Part shown: positions 48,547 to 58,468 of the stretch, one piece after another | Position numbering within the stretch: position 1 is the first letter of the stretch | Layout: each line of letters opens with the position of its first letter | Source of the DNA: Candidatus Bathyarchaeia archaeon | Lineage (GTDB): Archaea > Thermoproteota > Bathyarchaeia > TCS64 | Length of the DNA: 64,000 nt | NCBI GenBank assembly: GCA_050014495.1 | Contig: JBEKDF010000004.1 | Coordinates: forward strand, 43,939 to 107,938 | Direction of reading: 5' to 3' | Translations under genes and position numbers: made by a program | The notes under the pieces: generated by a model | The model's database searches: none | Told to the model about the DNA's origin: nothing | What the model saw: only the letters and a program-made list of their open reading frames with translations

Positions 48547-49203
48547 TCATCTATGCCACAAATATGTTTCCTTTGTAATCCTCGTATTAATTATATCTAG
48601 AAAAGTAGAGTTGCCACGTTCGTATCTTTGAAATGCCGCCCCTGCAATGAAGTCAGCAACTTGAACACATTTGTTACTATGAGAATAACAATGTTCGACA
48701 GTGAGATTTCCGAGATTAAATGGTGTTTTCCTTTTCAGAACTTGTTGCCAAATATAAGAAGCCTTATCAAAGGCGTACAAGTTGAAAGCTTCAGCTCTAG
48801 TCCTGTCCTTGCTCCTATCAATATGAATATTTATTGGTGCGATATTATCGTAGAAACTTAAAAGATCCCTCATAAGGAATTCTAAAATCGTGTAATTATA
48901 AAGTACATCCGGAATCTTCCTAAGGTTGGCTTTAACCTGATCTTTTTCCAGTATGATCAAGCCAGCCGTCCATTCAACATTTAATAGTTTAGTTAATATC
49001 TGTTCCCTGATTTCAGAACGAGACCCTGAAAACTTCAGTTCTTTTCCTGCGTATCTCTTTTTCGTTTTACTACGCCCAAGGAACCTCTTCATGACCCGCA
49101 CAATCGGCGTTGAATTATCACATATAAGATAGGATACGATGAAGAACCGACTGCTACCTAAGCTGAAACCTAAGTCACCCGATTCATCTACGTAAATATC
49201 CAC
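48547..49203 (-). CDS. DUF3800 domain protein
   Basis: IYVDESGDLG, ELKFS, VQVADFIAGA. Confidence 0.88.
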   Translation of the reverse strand: MDIYVDESGDLGFSLGSSRFFIVSYLICDNSTPIVRVMKRFLGRSKTKKRYAGKELKFSGSRSEIREQILTKLLNVEWTAGLIILEKDQVKANLRKIPDVLYNYTILEFLMRDLLSFYDNIAPINIHIDRSKDRTRAEAFNLYAFDKASYIWQQVLKRKTPFNLGNLTVEHCYSHSNKCVQVADFIAGAAFQRYERGNSTFLDIINTRITKETYLWHR

Positions 49204-49351
49204 GTCGAAGTAAAGCTACCTTTGAGATTAAAAATACCTTTGGTGAAAATTTCTAGGCTTGAAAGTTTAAACACCCATGACAAATAACTTAACAGTATCG
49301 TTGATTCGTATCCCTTAAATAGCTATTAACAGTTGGAGTAGATGATATAGT

Positions 49352-49831
49352 TTGAAGGTTAAGGGGTTATTCGTAGTCTCGTGTTTGCTGCTATTTACGT
49401 TAGCTTTAGCGTTGCCGGTGGTTGCCCCTGTTTCGGCTAATAGTAGTTATGACAAGTGTGATAGGCGTGATAGCTTCGGCCGGCTCAAGCCGGTTGTGGT
49501 GGCACCCAAAATTGTGTTTGAGAAGTGGGTTAGATCCACAAATGGGGTGCGGTTCTACTACATCGTGACCGCCGGCTCAAAGGATGTAACAACATGGAGC
49601 CTGACGAGCCTAGCATTCATGAGGACACCGCCGGTTGGCACCTCTGAGACGCCTTATGTCTATAATCAGAAGCTGTTGACCCTAAAGTTTGAGAAGCCCA
49701 TCAAGGCGGGGCAGTGCAGGGAATTCTGGTTCGACCTGAAGCTCGACTACAGGGGATTCAAGCTAGGCCCTTGCCTGTACGATATTACTGCGAACCTACC
49801 CTACCTCGGGTTAGTTAAGGGGCCCATTTAG
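49352..49831 (+). CDS. Secreted hypothetical protein
   Basis: Signal peptide ending VSA followed by a basic beta-rich domain. Confidence 0.65.
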   Translation: MKVKGLFVVSCLLLFTLALALPVVAPVSANSSYDKCDRRDSFGRLKPVVVAPKIVFEKWVRSTNGVRFYYIVTAGSKDVTTWSLTSLAFMRTPPVGTSETPYVYNQKLLTLKFEKPIKAGQCREFWFDLKLDYRGFKLGPCLYDITANLPYLGLVKGPI

Positions 49832-49853
49832 CACTGCGGTTAGGAGGCCATTC

Positions 49854-50272
49854 GTCCCTATTATATGCTTTAACTGTAGTCCACCCCCGTCCAAGGGTTT
49901 CCAGGTTATTTTAGCGATTTGTCCAGAGTTCCATGCGTATTTCATGTGTCCCATCTCAGTCCATTAGTCCGTCTTTTGTCCATTAGTCCAAGTTGGGATC
50001 ACACCTCACCTCCTCTTTTGATTTCCTGAGCCTCCCTAGCTATAGGAGCTAATGTAGGGTAGTGGTCAAGTATGCTGGTGGTTAGGTGTAGTGGGACAGG
50101 GGGATGGGCTCGCTGGAATATTCAGAGTATTGGACCTGGGGTAGTTTTAGTGTAAAAATGATGGACGGGGAGGACTGACTTGAGACTCGGTGGACATCCA
50201 TCGTACTTGGTGGACGGAAGTGATAGATACTCACAATTGCGAGAAAAATTGTATGCGCCTGGACTTTAGGAC
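49854..50272. repeat. Polarised short-repeat array: 9 GTCC(A) left and 8 (T)GGAC right of a central hairpin
   Basis: GTCC at 49854, 49879, 49889, 49921, 49948, 49959, 49967, 49978, 49986. GGAC at 50094, 50132, 50163, 50172, 50192, 50212, 50261, 50269. Confidence 0.7.
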
Positions 50273-51135
50273 AAGTTTCCAAGCTCATCGCTTATTAGAG
50301 AAATTAGATGAGAGTCGGACTCCCTGGCGATTCTGATCAATTCAAGTTTGATGTCGGATACCTTCTCTGGATATTTGGATTGTAGAAGGGTTCTAGCCGA
50401 TCCTCGGAAAGTTGAACCTTCCCGTAACAATTGGAGATAAGCGTCTTTTACTATCGCGTACTTCTCCGATGGCGCCACGATCTCAGCGAGGACCCTGAGG
50501 GTATCCATCCGGATAGCCTCCGTTTTATCAGTCTTTTGCAGCTCCGCGTAGAATAGTTTCAGGAGGTCTTTCCTGAAGATTTCGTCGAGTGTTCTTAGCT
50601 TGGCTTCGTCGGATATTCTTGAGAGGTTTAGTACAATTTGTATGAGCTCGTTTTGATGATTGCTTTTTGTTTTGTCGAATATTTTCTCTTTAAGTTTCTC
50701 CAGATATTCATCGGCGGGATAATTCCTTTTTGTGCTCTCCGCGGATAAACCGGAGATAGCCATCTCGATCATTTGCTCGTTGCTTGAATCTAACATGTTG
50801 AAGTACTCTTTTAGTACCCTATCGTCGGAGTATTCATTCTCAGCCAGTCTCTTACCCAGATAACCATCTACTATGCTGTATAACCGGAAGCTGATATCAG
50901 ATAACTTGATTATCTTCTGGGGCTTACCCCTCCCCTTTTTCTCCTCCTCTAAAATTATAAGATCCGATTCTATCATGGAGTTAACGGCTTTTGAAAGGGT
51001 GCCCTGGTCCCACTCCGTGAGGACAGCTAGTTGGCTAATCGAATAACTCCTATCGGGATATAACACAGATATTATCTTTAGATTCTGACTGAATTGCTTG
51101 AGAAGCTGCCTTTTATCTTCGCTGTATCCCGCCAT
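50266..51135 (-). CDS. Winged-HTH protein with all-helical (HEAT-like) C-terminal domain
   Basis: YSISQLAVLTEWDQGTLSKAVNSM...GRGKPQK wing. Confidence 0.75.
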   Translation of the reverse strand: MAGYSEDKRQLLKQFSQNLKIISVLYPDRSYSISQLAVLTEWDQGTLSKAVNSMIESDLIILEEEKKGRGKPQKIIKLSDISFRLYSIVDGYLGKRLAENEYSDDRVLKEYFNMLDSSNEQMIEMAISGLSAESTKRNYPADEYLEKLKEKIFDKTKSNHQNELIQIVLNLSRISDEAKLRTLDEIFRKDLLKLFYAELQKTDKTEAIRMDTLRVLAEIVAPSEKYAIVKDAYLQLLREGSTFRGSARTLLQSKYPEKVSDIKLELIRIARESDSHLISLISDELGNLS

Positions 51136-51220
51136 GAATAGGTAGTTTGTATCAATCCCCTTATAAATATTATAAAAAGGTTTATAATATTAGGGGAATA
51201 CTCCATATTTAGGTGCGATA

Positions 51221-52657
51221 ATGGTAAGTAAAGTCGATCAGATACTCGAGCAAATGAGAGAAGGAGTATCAGTCGAGGAGATAGACGACAGCAGTAAGTC
51301 GAGTTACTATAAGGCATGGGGCATCTTCAAGCACGAGGCCGACGCCATCTATACGAGGATCACCAGCGACATAAAGGGAGCCAAGTCCCAGAAAGCAGCA
51401 ATAGACAACGAAGTCGCTCAGGGCAAATCAGAGCTCAGTGCTGTTAGTAAAGCTCTCGAAGCCAAGAAGAAGGACCTCGAGAGGACAACGGTGGCCAGGG
51501 ACGCTGCCAAGAAGGAGACAGACGCTCTTCAGGCTAAGTCGGCTGCTATCAACTCCAGGTTATCAGACATGGCGAAGAGAGGCATCACGGAGAGCACCAT
51601 AGAGGCAGTTGCGTCCACCGACGCTACCAGCCCAGTCGAGCTACTCGACAGGGTCCGCACAGCCGCGGAGAATCAGCTACTGACAAAGGCCAATGAGGAG
51701 CTGAAGGTGAAGAACACAAAGCTCTCCAATGGTCTCAACTTAATGACTGCGACACAGGAGGTAATCAAGAAGCAGACACAGTCAGAGGAGAACAAGCGTG
51801 ACGAGTTCAGGAGGGTTAACGCACTCTACATAGTTCTGCTTGATCTAATCTTCGACTTTTTTAAGCGGGGCTACACCGAGGACCACTTCAAGATGCTGCT
51901 CAACGGGCTGAGGAAGCTCGAGATCATCGGGCAGCCCAGGGCCTCGGTGATACGCCTCCTCAAGGCCTTGGAGAAGATCAGGACGCTTGAGGAGCTTGAC
52001 TCGGCCATCCAGGTGAAGGAGGCCACGCTCGCAGCACTCCAGGGGAAAGTCAACGAGCTTAGTGGAGTCATCAATGCCTACAAGAATGTGGCGATCAGCG
52101 CGTTGAATGAGGTCTCCGGGGCTGCGATCAAGAGGATCAATGACCTTCTTGGCCAGTACGTTGCATCACTGAATGTGCTGCAGGACAAGATGGTCAAAGG
52201 ATTAAACGCGATGAGTGCAGCGACCGACGCCGACAGAGCCACCACTGCTCGATTCTTCTACAACGAGGTGAAGAATGCGAAGAACGAGGTCCTTACACTT
52301 CACTCCACAGTGACTCAGGCCCTGCAGGTGTACAAGAACGAGGTGACTCAATGGGGAACTATTAGGGAGGAGAGCGGGCGATACGAGAAGCTAATCGAGT
52401 ACACGTCGGTGCTTCTCGCAGTGAAAAAGGACCCAAACGTTATCTCGCAGCTCCCGCCGGAGAGCATCGTCTCCATATTAAAGAGCATTGACATCTATAT
52501 TCAGACCAAGCTACCCGACGCCGATAGCCTACCCTCTGCCGAGCTATACCAGAGGGAGAGATGGGCGTTCAACTCCATATATAAGGCTAAGATCCGAAAC
52601 GTGTCCGCCTGGCTCCTCGAGGACCTTACCAGGCGCCTCTATGAGGGGCGACTATGA
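51221..52657 (+). CDS. Long coiled-coil protein, possibly with a small N-terminal HTH
   Basis: Extended heptad repeats; transcribed divergently from the wHTH gene. Confidence 0.75.
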   Translation: MVSKVDQILEQMREGVSVEEIDDSSKSSYYKAWGIFKHEADAIYTRITSDIKGAKSQKAAIDNEVAQGKSELSAVSKALEAKKKDLERTTVARDAAKKETDALQAKSAAINSRLSDMAKRGITESTIEAVASTDATSPVELLDRVRTAAENQLLTKANEELKVKNTKLSNGLNLMTATQEVIKKQTQSEENKRDEFRRVNALYIVLLDLIFDFFKRGYTEDHFKMLLNGLRKLEIIGQPRASVIRLLKALEKIRTLEELDSAIQVKEATLAALQGKVNELSGVINAYKNVAISALNEVSGAAIKRINDLLGQYVASLNVLQDKMVKGLNAMSAATDADRATTARFFYNEVKNAKNEVLTLHSTVTQALQVYKNEVTQWGTIREESGRYEKLIEYTSVLLAVKKDPNVISQLPPESIVSILKSIDIYIQTKLPDADSLPSAELYQRERWAFNSIYKAKIRNVSAWLLEDLTRRLYEGRL

Positions 52658-53136
52658 CCTTCAACACCGTGAGGAAGGCCCTGGACGAGCTCGACGCGGT
52701 CGCGACCCATGACAAACTTGTCACCGACGTTGGGAAGCTACAGAAACAGAGCCAGCAGCGGGGGAAGGATATCGATCAGCTTCGCTCCGAGTTATTTAGG
52801 GTGGAGGACGAGATCAGTAAACTTCGGGCCAAGGCTAACCTTAAGGAAGTGGAGATTCAGAGGCGAGCGCAGATCCTCGCTAACAGCCTGGTGAGCCGGT
52901 GGCATGCTGAGGAGAAGCCTTGGGTCGTCGCATCCGCCGTCGAGGAGGAGATTAAGGGTTATCCCTCGCGCTGCTCAGCCTCGACCAAAGTGGTGGTGGA
53001 TGCGAGGGTTGATGTAGTCGTCCAGGAGAGACTCAAAGAGGGGTGGACCCCAATCGTCCTAGCGGTTTCAAATATAATAAAAGCCTCAACTAATCGCGAG
53101 GCCGGTGGGAAAAGCGACGGTAATAAGTGTCAGTAA
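52654..53136 (+). CDS. Coiled-coil hypothetical protein, possibly 3'-decayed
   Basis: ATGA overlap with the upstream gene. Confidence 0.6.
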   Translation: MTFNTVRKALDELDAVATHDKLVTDVGKLQKQSQQRGKDIDQLRSELFRVEDEISKLRAKANLKEVEIQRRAQILANSLVSRWHAEEKPWVVASAVEEEIKGYPSRCSASTKVVVDARVDVVVQERLKEGWTPIVLAVSNIIKASTNREAGGKSDGNKCQ

Positions 53137-53236
53137 ACCCGAAGAACCCAAGAAGAAAACCTCTCCGTAATTAATCGGGTGTATTCCCTTTTGTTACGGG
53201 TGTGCGGAGCTCGCACGCGGTTCAACATTTATTTTT

Positions 53237-54943
53237 TTACACGATATTGGCTAAGCTTCTCAGCTGGTAGGCGATGAGACTGAGGGATATGAAGATGGGT
53301 ATGATGGTCTTCAGATCCCTGTCCTCCGTCTTCTGGAAGACCATGAGGCCCATTGCTGCAAGTAATCCCCACGGGTAATTGTAGAGGAACCTTTTCTTCA
53401 CATCCATGTCGACGAGGAGGTATCCAATAGTGGTAGTGAATAGGAAGGATGTGAGGAAAATTGCCGGGATCTTTCTTAATTTAGTTATGATGATGCCAAC
53501 GGCTGCGAGTGTGAGGAGGAGCAGGTTGGCCAGGAGTCCGCTGTAGTAGAACTGGGAGTTGTAGGTGCTTGGGAGTATGTCGTCTAGTGTGGTGATTCCA
53601 CTGGTGAAGGTTTTGAACGCGTCGAAGCCTCCGACAAATTGCGGTGCTAGTTGGGTTGCTCCCAGGATTAGTATGGCTCCGATTATCGCTAGGCGGGAGA
53701 GGGTCTTGATCTGCTTAGACTCTGATGTGATTGCCAAATAGACGATGAGGGGTGCGAGTGCTGCGGCGTATTGTATGAAGGTCCAGGGGTGTGTTAGCAG
53801 AAGGAGACCCATAAACAGGGCAGATGAGATGAGTTGTTTCCAATCGTTGAGGCGGATGCCTCTGAAGAATAGTGTTAGGGCGAGGAATGTGAAGGAGAGC
53901 CCAAGCATGTCTGTGAGGAAAAATGAGTACATGCCGACGACGATGTGGAACCCGGCTACCGTGAAGAATGAGGCCCAGAGGGCGTAGGCGTCATCCTGCA
54001 GCACCTCACGTGATAGGAAGAACACCGAGATGACTAGAATTGGAGCGATTAGTATGGGGATTAGATTCACTACCGCGAGGTTACTGAGTCCGAAGAGCCT
54101 CTGAAATGCTTCGAGTACCAGGAAGAATAGTGGCCTGGAACCGTCATTCGCATTGAAGATCGTCAGTGTCCCATTGTTAATCCCACCGAGATCACTAACA
54201 TATTGGCTGACATCGGTACCAACGTTGTTGTTCTGTGGATTTATACCTGGGAGACTCGGGTACAGAACCGAGAAAACCGTGAACACGATAATTAGGGATA
54301 AGTAAAGGAGGATATTCCTCGATTTGCTGGTGGGGATATTTTCTTCTGATTGAACTATGCTCGTTTTGTTCCGCCAGAATAATCTGACTGGTGCGATCAA
54401 CGAGGCACATATGATTGCAATGAGTACTATGATGGATAGGGGGCTGGTTAGGAAGAATATCACCTCGTCGAGATTCACGAGATTCGCCAATGGAAACGCT
54501 ATCTGTAGAGGCGCGAAGACCAACCAGTAGACAATAGCGGTTAGCTCAACAGCTGAGAGTGCGGCTAATATCCAAAACAATGTTCGCCTAGCATTCTTGA
54601 AGGAGACGATCCCTACCAAGAAGGATGCGAGGGAGACAATTGAGACGGTTAATGCAAAGCCTAGTATTGGGAGTAAAATCAGTCCGAGCAGAGGCAGTAT
54701 TGAGTATTGTTTTTTCTTCGTAAATATGAGGATCGTTGAAACGATGATTAGTATAATCAGGGGTATCGTGAGATCTAAACCTAGACTCAGGCCAGAGTCA
54801 AACCATACCCTATGCTCCATCAACTGAATGGTGAGTCCAAGTGATGATACTAGTTGTAGTGTAGTTAGGATACTCTGAGTCACGAAGAGGGACAATGAGA
54901 AATTGTCTAAGCTGATCTTAGCCTTCATTCGCACTAACTTCAC
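53237..54943 (-). CDS. Polytopic membrane protein, GT-C/oligosaccharyl-transfer-like
   Basis: About 15 TMs, luminal GTDVSQY...SRPLFF, LLTHPWTF, KRFLYNYP; lies in the glycosylation cluster. Confidence 0.65.
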   Translation of the reverse strand: MKLVRMKAKISLDNFSLSLFVTQSILTTLQLVSSLGLTIQLMEHRVWFDSGLSLGLDLTIPLIILIIVSTILIFTKKKQYSILPLLGLILLPILGFALTVSIVSLASFLVGIVSFKNARRTLFWILAALSAVELTAIVYWLVFAPLQIAFPLANLVNLDEVIFFLTSPLSIIVLIAIICASLIAPVRLFWRNKTSIVQSEENIPTSKSRNILLYLSLIIVFTVFSVLYPSLPGINPQNNNVGTDVSQYVSDLGGINNGTLTIFNANDGSRPLFFLVLEAFQRLFGLSNLAVVNLIPILIAPILVISVFFLSREVLQDDAYALWASFFTVAGFHIVVGMYSFFLTDMLGLSFTFLALTLFFRGIRLNDWKQLISSALFMGLLLLTHPWTFIQYAAALAPLIVYLAITSESKQIKTLSRLAIIGAILILGATQLAPQFVGGFDAFKTFTSGITTLDDILPSTYNSQFYYSGLLANLLLLTLAAVGIIITKLRKIPAIFLTSFLFTTTIGYLLVDMDVKKRFLYNYPWGLLAAMGLMVFQKTEDRDLKTIIPIFISLSLIAYQLRSLANIV

Positions 54944-55138
54944 GATCCGTTCATCAATGAGACCTACGACTTTATTCGCAACTCATAACATAAGATTATC
55001 CCCTTATCGTTTATAGAGAACGTGCGCACTCGAGGATGTTTAATCTCTTTCAGGATCGGATTTAATTTATCTACTTGAGTCGTTAGCTATCTTGTCGTTA
55101 TTTAGGGTGGATTTAAGCTGTCTGAGGATTCTTCGGAG

Positions 55139-56320
55139 TTGATGCGTGGTTCGGCCCGGGGTAGCCTGGTCTTGATGGTGGGGCAGGTGGTCACCACCCT
55201 CATCTCCGCCGTCACCGTCATCTGGATGGCGCGTTTCCTCGGCTCAACGGCTTACGGGGAGTACACGATCGCCCTGTTCCCCGTCTCCATTGCACTTCTC
55301 TTCCAGGACCTCGGCATGAACGCGTCTCTGACGAGGTTCTGCGCCATGTACAGGTATGAGGGGCGGAACGATGAGCTCAAGTCGGTTGTTGTGACGGGGC
55401 TCGTCTTCAGCATCGTGACTTCTCTGGTTATCAGTGGGCTCATGATTATCTTTGCTGGGCCCATCGCCACAATCTATCTGAAGCGGCCGGAGATCGAGCC
55501 GTTGGTCAGGGCTGCGGCGCTTGCTGTTCTGGGTGGCGGGGGCCTACTCACAACGATTCAGGCCATCCTGGTTGGGTATGAGATAATGAGCCTGATGAGC
55601 TTTACCCAGATCCTCTGGTCCGCAACGCGCACGTTACTCAGCGTCGTTTTGCTGCTGGTCGGTCTCGGAGCCTTCGGAGCAGTGTTGGCCAACACCGCCT
55701 CCCAGGTAGTCGCTGGTTTAGTCGGCGTACTCCTTCTCTATATCTTCATAAAGTTCGAGAAGGGCTCCAAGGGGGGCTTTGATTTTGGTATGCTCAGGAC
55801 CTTCCTCGGCTATGGGTTACCCTTGTCGATGAGCTCGCTACTAATCGGCGTCCTGAATCAGATCTACAATTACATCATGGTCCTCTACGTCGCGACGGAC
55901 CTCATCGGCAACTATGGCGCGGCTAGCAGCTTCGGCGTACTCCTCTCCTTCCTCACGGTCCCAATAGCTACATCTCTCTTCCCACTCTACAGTAAATTCA
56001 AGAAGGATAGTCCACAGCTGAAGAGGATCTTCCAGATGTCGGTGAAGTACACGGCGATAGTGACCCTACCCGTCGTGTTAGTAATTATTGTTGTTGCTTC
56101 CCCCCTGTCGAGGTTATTGTATGGGGCGAGTGATTACCCGTATGTACCCCTGTATCTCAGCATATTCATCTTGAACTATTCTTTTGAGGGACTAGGTGGC
56201 ATGTCTCTGAGTAACCTCATATCCGGCGTGGGCGAGTCAAGGACCACCCTCTTGTCGAGCATCTTTACCTTCTTCACTGGGATCAGCTTAATGCTCGTTT
56301 GCGCGCGCGCGCACGCCTAA
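55139..56320 (+). pseudogene. Wzx/MOP-family polysaccharide flippase truncated at (GC)6
   Basis: ARFLGSTAYGEY, QDLGMNASLTRF, IGNYGAA, LFPLYSK. Ends abruptly ...GISLMLV-CARAHA*, missing the last TMs. Confidence 0.8.
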
Positions 56321-57457
56321 GGGGAGACTCTCAGCCTTGATGATCGATGACCCCTCCAATGTCCACGCAGGAACGTTGATGGTGGTCACGAATGTACCAC
56401 CCTCAGCAGAGACCAGGGGGGTGACTGAGCCAAACGCAGCCAACTCCAGAGCCATCCCACCCAAGGGGATGCTTCCATTGCTGATCATCCCCGACACCGT
56501 GAAGGACTTCCCGGGGTAGACCTCATCTGGTAAACTCAACTTTATGCCGGGAGTAAACCAAATTAAGCCAACTTGGACGATGTTGGAGGCTGATGGGAGG
56601 TAGACTCCGACATCCGTTCGTGAGGGCCAATACTCCGCCGAGACCGAGACATAATCCTTGTATAGGAACGGCAGATCGAATCGCCATGTGAACCCCCCAT
56701 ACGAATCCGTTCTCAGACGGGTGAACACCCTCCCATCTACGTACACCGTAACGACCCTCATCTGAACCGGATTGCCAGACGAATCAGTTAGGATCCCACT
56801 GAGCTCCACCTCGGAGCCCAGCAGACCCTTCGAGGGGGTCACCTCAATGCTGACCTGAGTCCTCATGGCGCTGCTCTGAACGGGGTTCTTGATGGCCTCA
56901 GACTGACCCTGAAGAACCTTAATCTCCTCAAGCTGCTTCAGAATCAGCGCCGAGACCTCATCACTTCCGGACAATAACTTCGAAGGAGACCCCTTCAGAG
57001 ATTGACCAAGTGTAACTGAATAGGACCTCAACTCACCGAGCGTGGTGTTCGAGTCGTGGAGCTCCGAGAGCGCCACCTTAATCAAACTATCAGCGTCAGA
57101 GACCCTCAGATGCTGAAGGTACCCCCTGATGAGGTCAATATCAGCCCGGGTCAAGTTCAGGCTACCAATCTCTCGCCCGAGCAACTCATGATAATTTCCA
57201 AGGGTGGCATTCAGGCCGCCCGGCGCGTAAACGAGCTTGGCCCAGCCGAGCCAGCTGAGTGCACTCGGGTAGTTCTCAGCCGCGGTTGTGTTGAAGATGA
57301 CGCCGTAGAGATCAAATAGAGTAGTCGCATCTGGGGGCTGCGGCCCGAACGTGTTCGGATCCTGGTGCCTAGGCAGCTGCTGAGCCAAAGCAATCGGCAT
57401 GAAGGCCTGCAACAAGAAGCACACACAGACGAAGGATGCTTTCAGAACCGCTCTCAT
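56288..57457 (-). pseudogene. Secreted helical plus Ig-like protein of the DUF1616 cluster, truncated at the same (GC)6
   Basis: Signal peptide, PRHQDP, helical bundle, Ig-like domains. Ends mid-domain ...ESLPLGV-RARANEH*. Confidence 0.7.
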
Positions 57458-57738
57458 AGGAGGATCTCCAGGACCTTCACCGAGACTATGAGGCAGAACG
57501 AGACGAAGAGCACGCCCCCGACCAAGTCAAAGAAACGCCTCCTGGGCTTGAACAGCGCAGAGCAAGCAAAGTAGCACACCGTGAAGAGGCTGACGTAGAC
57601 CTCAATCCTCCACTCATCCAGAGCTGCGAGGCTCACCGTCGTGAGCACGATGAGGAACGCGAGCGAGACGACGAAGACCTTGTGCCTATCCAAACTAATC
57701 AAAAACCTTGAAGGAGGAGATGGTGGTCTTCCTCCCAC
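57454..57738 (-). CDS. Small 3-TM membrane protein
   Basis: EVYVSLFTVCYF...FKPRRR; overlaps its neighbours in an operon. Confidence 0.7.
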   Translation of the reverse strand: MGGRPPSPPSRFLISLDRHKVFVVSLAFLIVLTTVSLAALDEWRIEVYVSLFTVCYFACSALFKPRRRFFDLVGGVLFVSFCLIVSVKVLEILL

Positions 57739-58468
57739 TCAGATCCTCGTTAACCAGCGCAACCGGCTTCCCCAGCACAGAGGCGAGGATGCAACCCGCT
57801 ATACTCGTGGGCAGCGAGCCCAGGACCAACTCAAACCTCGGGAACCTCGTCTCCACCCTGGCCCCAGACATCTCAAGAATGTACCTATCACCCGACCTCA
57901 CGGCCTTCACCGACTCAACCGCCTCAAGGAAATCCACGAGGATGTAGGATAGGGCCTCGTCGACGCTGGAGTCCTTCTCCAGGGACGCGATCCTGACGAC
58001 CTCCGACCCCGGTGGGAAGATCATCAGCGCCCTCCCCCCACCGGCGTCGCTGAAGACCCTTATCGGAGCTGCCATCGCGGCCGAGACCCCCTCATACCCG
58101 GGATTCGCCGAGAGGGGAGCGTAAGCGTATATAAGCCCCTGCCTCGGGGGCAGATACACGGCCCTCCACCTCGCGTCGAACTCCTCCAGAAGAGCCTCGA
58201 CGTTGAGGCACGAGCCCTCAACCATGGCCCAAACTGTCTCCTTCGGCACGGGGCTCGAGGGAATAAGCATCAGCGTCGAACCGATGATGAGGCAGCCCAA
58301 GCCGAGTGCCGAAAGAGGCGTGTTAAGCAGCACGAAGTAGGCGAAGAGGGCGAAGGGGACGCCGAATACGACCAGGAGAAGCCCAAGTCCAGTGTATCGG
58401 TCAAGCATCCTATCGAGAGGACTCAGCTCAGGCCCTCCGAGCGAGTTGAGCCAGCCGCCAGTAGCCAT
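57695..58468 (-). CDS. Two-TM membrane protein with soluble C-terminal domain (DUF1616-cluster associated)
   Basis: NVEALLEEF...AVYLPP, FPPGSE, LGSLPTSIAG. Confidence 0.7.
   Translation of the reverse strand: MATGGWLNSLGGPELSPLDRMLDRYTGLGLLLVVFGVPFALFAYFVLLNTPLSALGLGCLIIGSTLMLIPSSPVPKETVWAMVEGSCLNVEALLEEFDARWRAVYLPPRQGLIYAYAPLSANPGYEGVSAAMAAPIRVFSDAGGGRALMIFPPGSEVVRIASLEKDSSVDEALSYILVDFLEAVESVKAVRSGDRYILEMSGARVETRFPRFELVLGSLPTSIAGCILASVLGKPVALVNEDLSGRKTTISSFKVFD

Noticed and set aside
49854..50272. CRISPR array
   Set aside because: Repeats are only 4-5 bp (one 12-mer twice), irregularly spaced and inverted about a centre; no cas genes are present.
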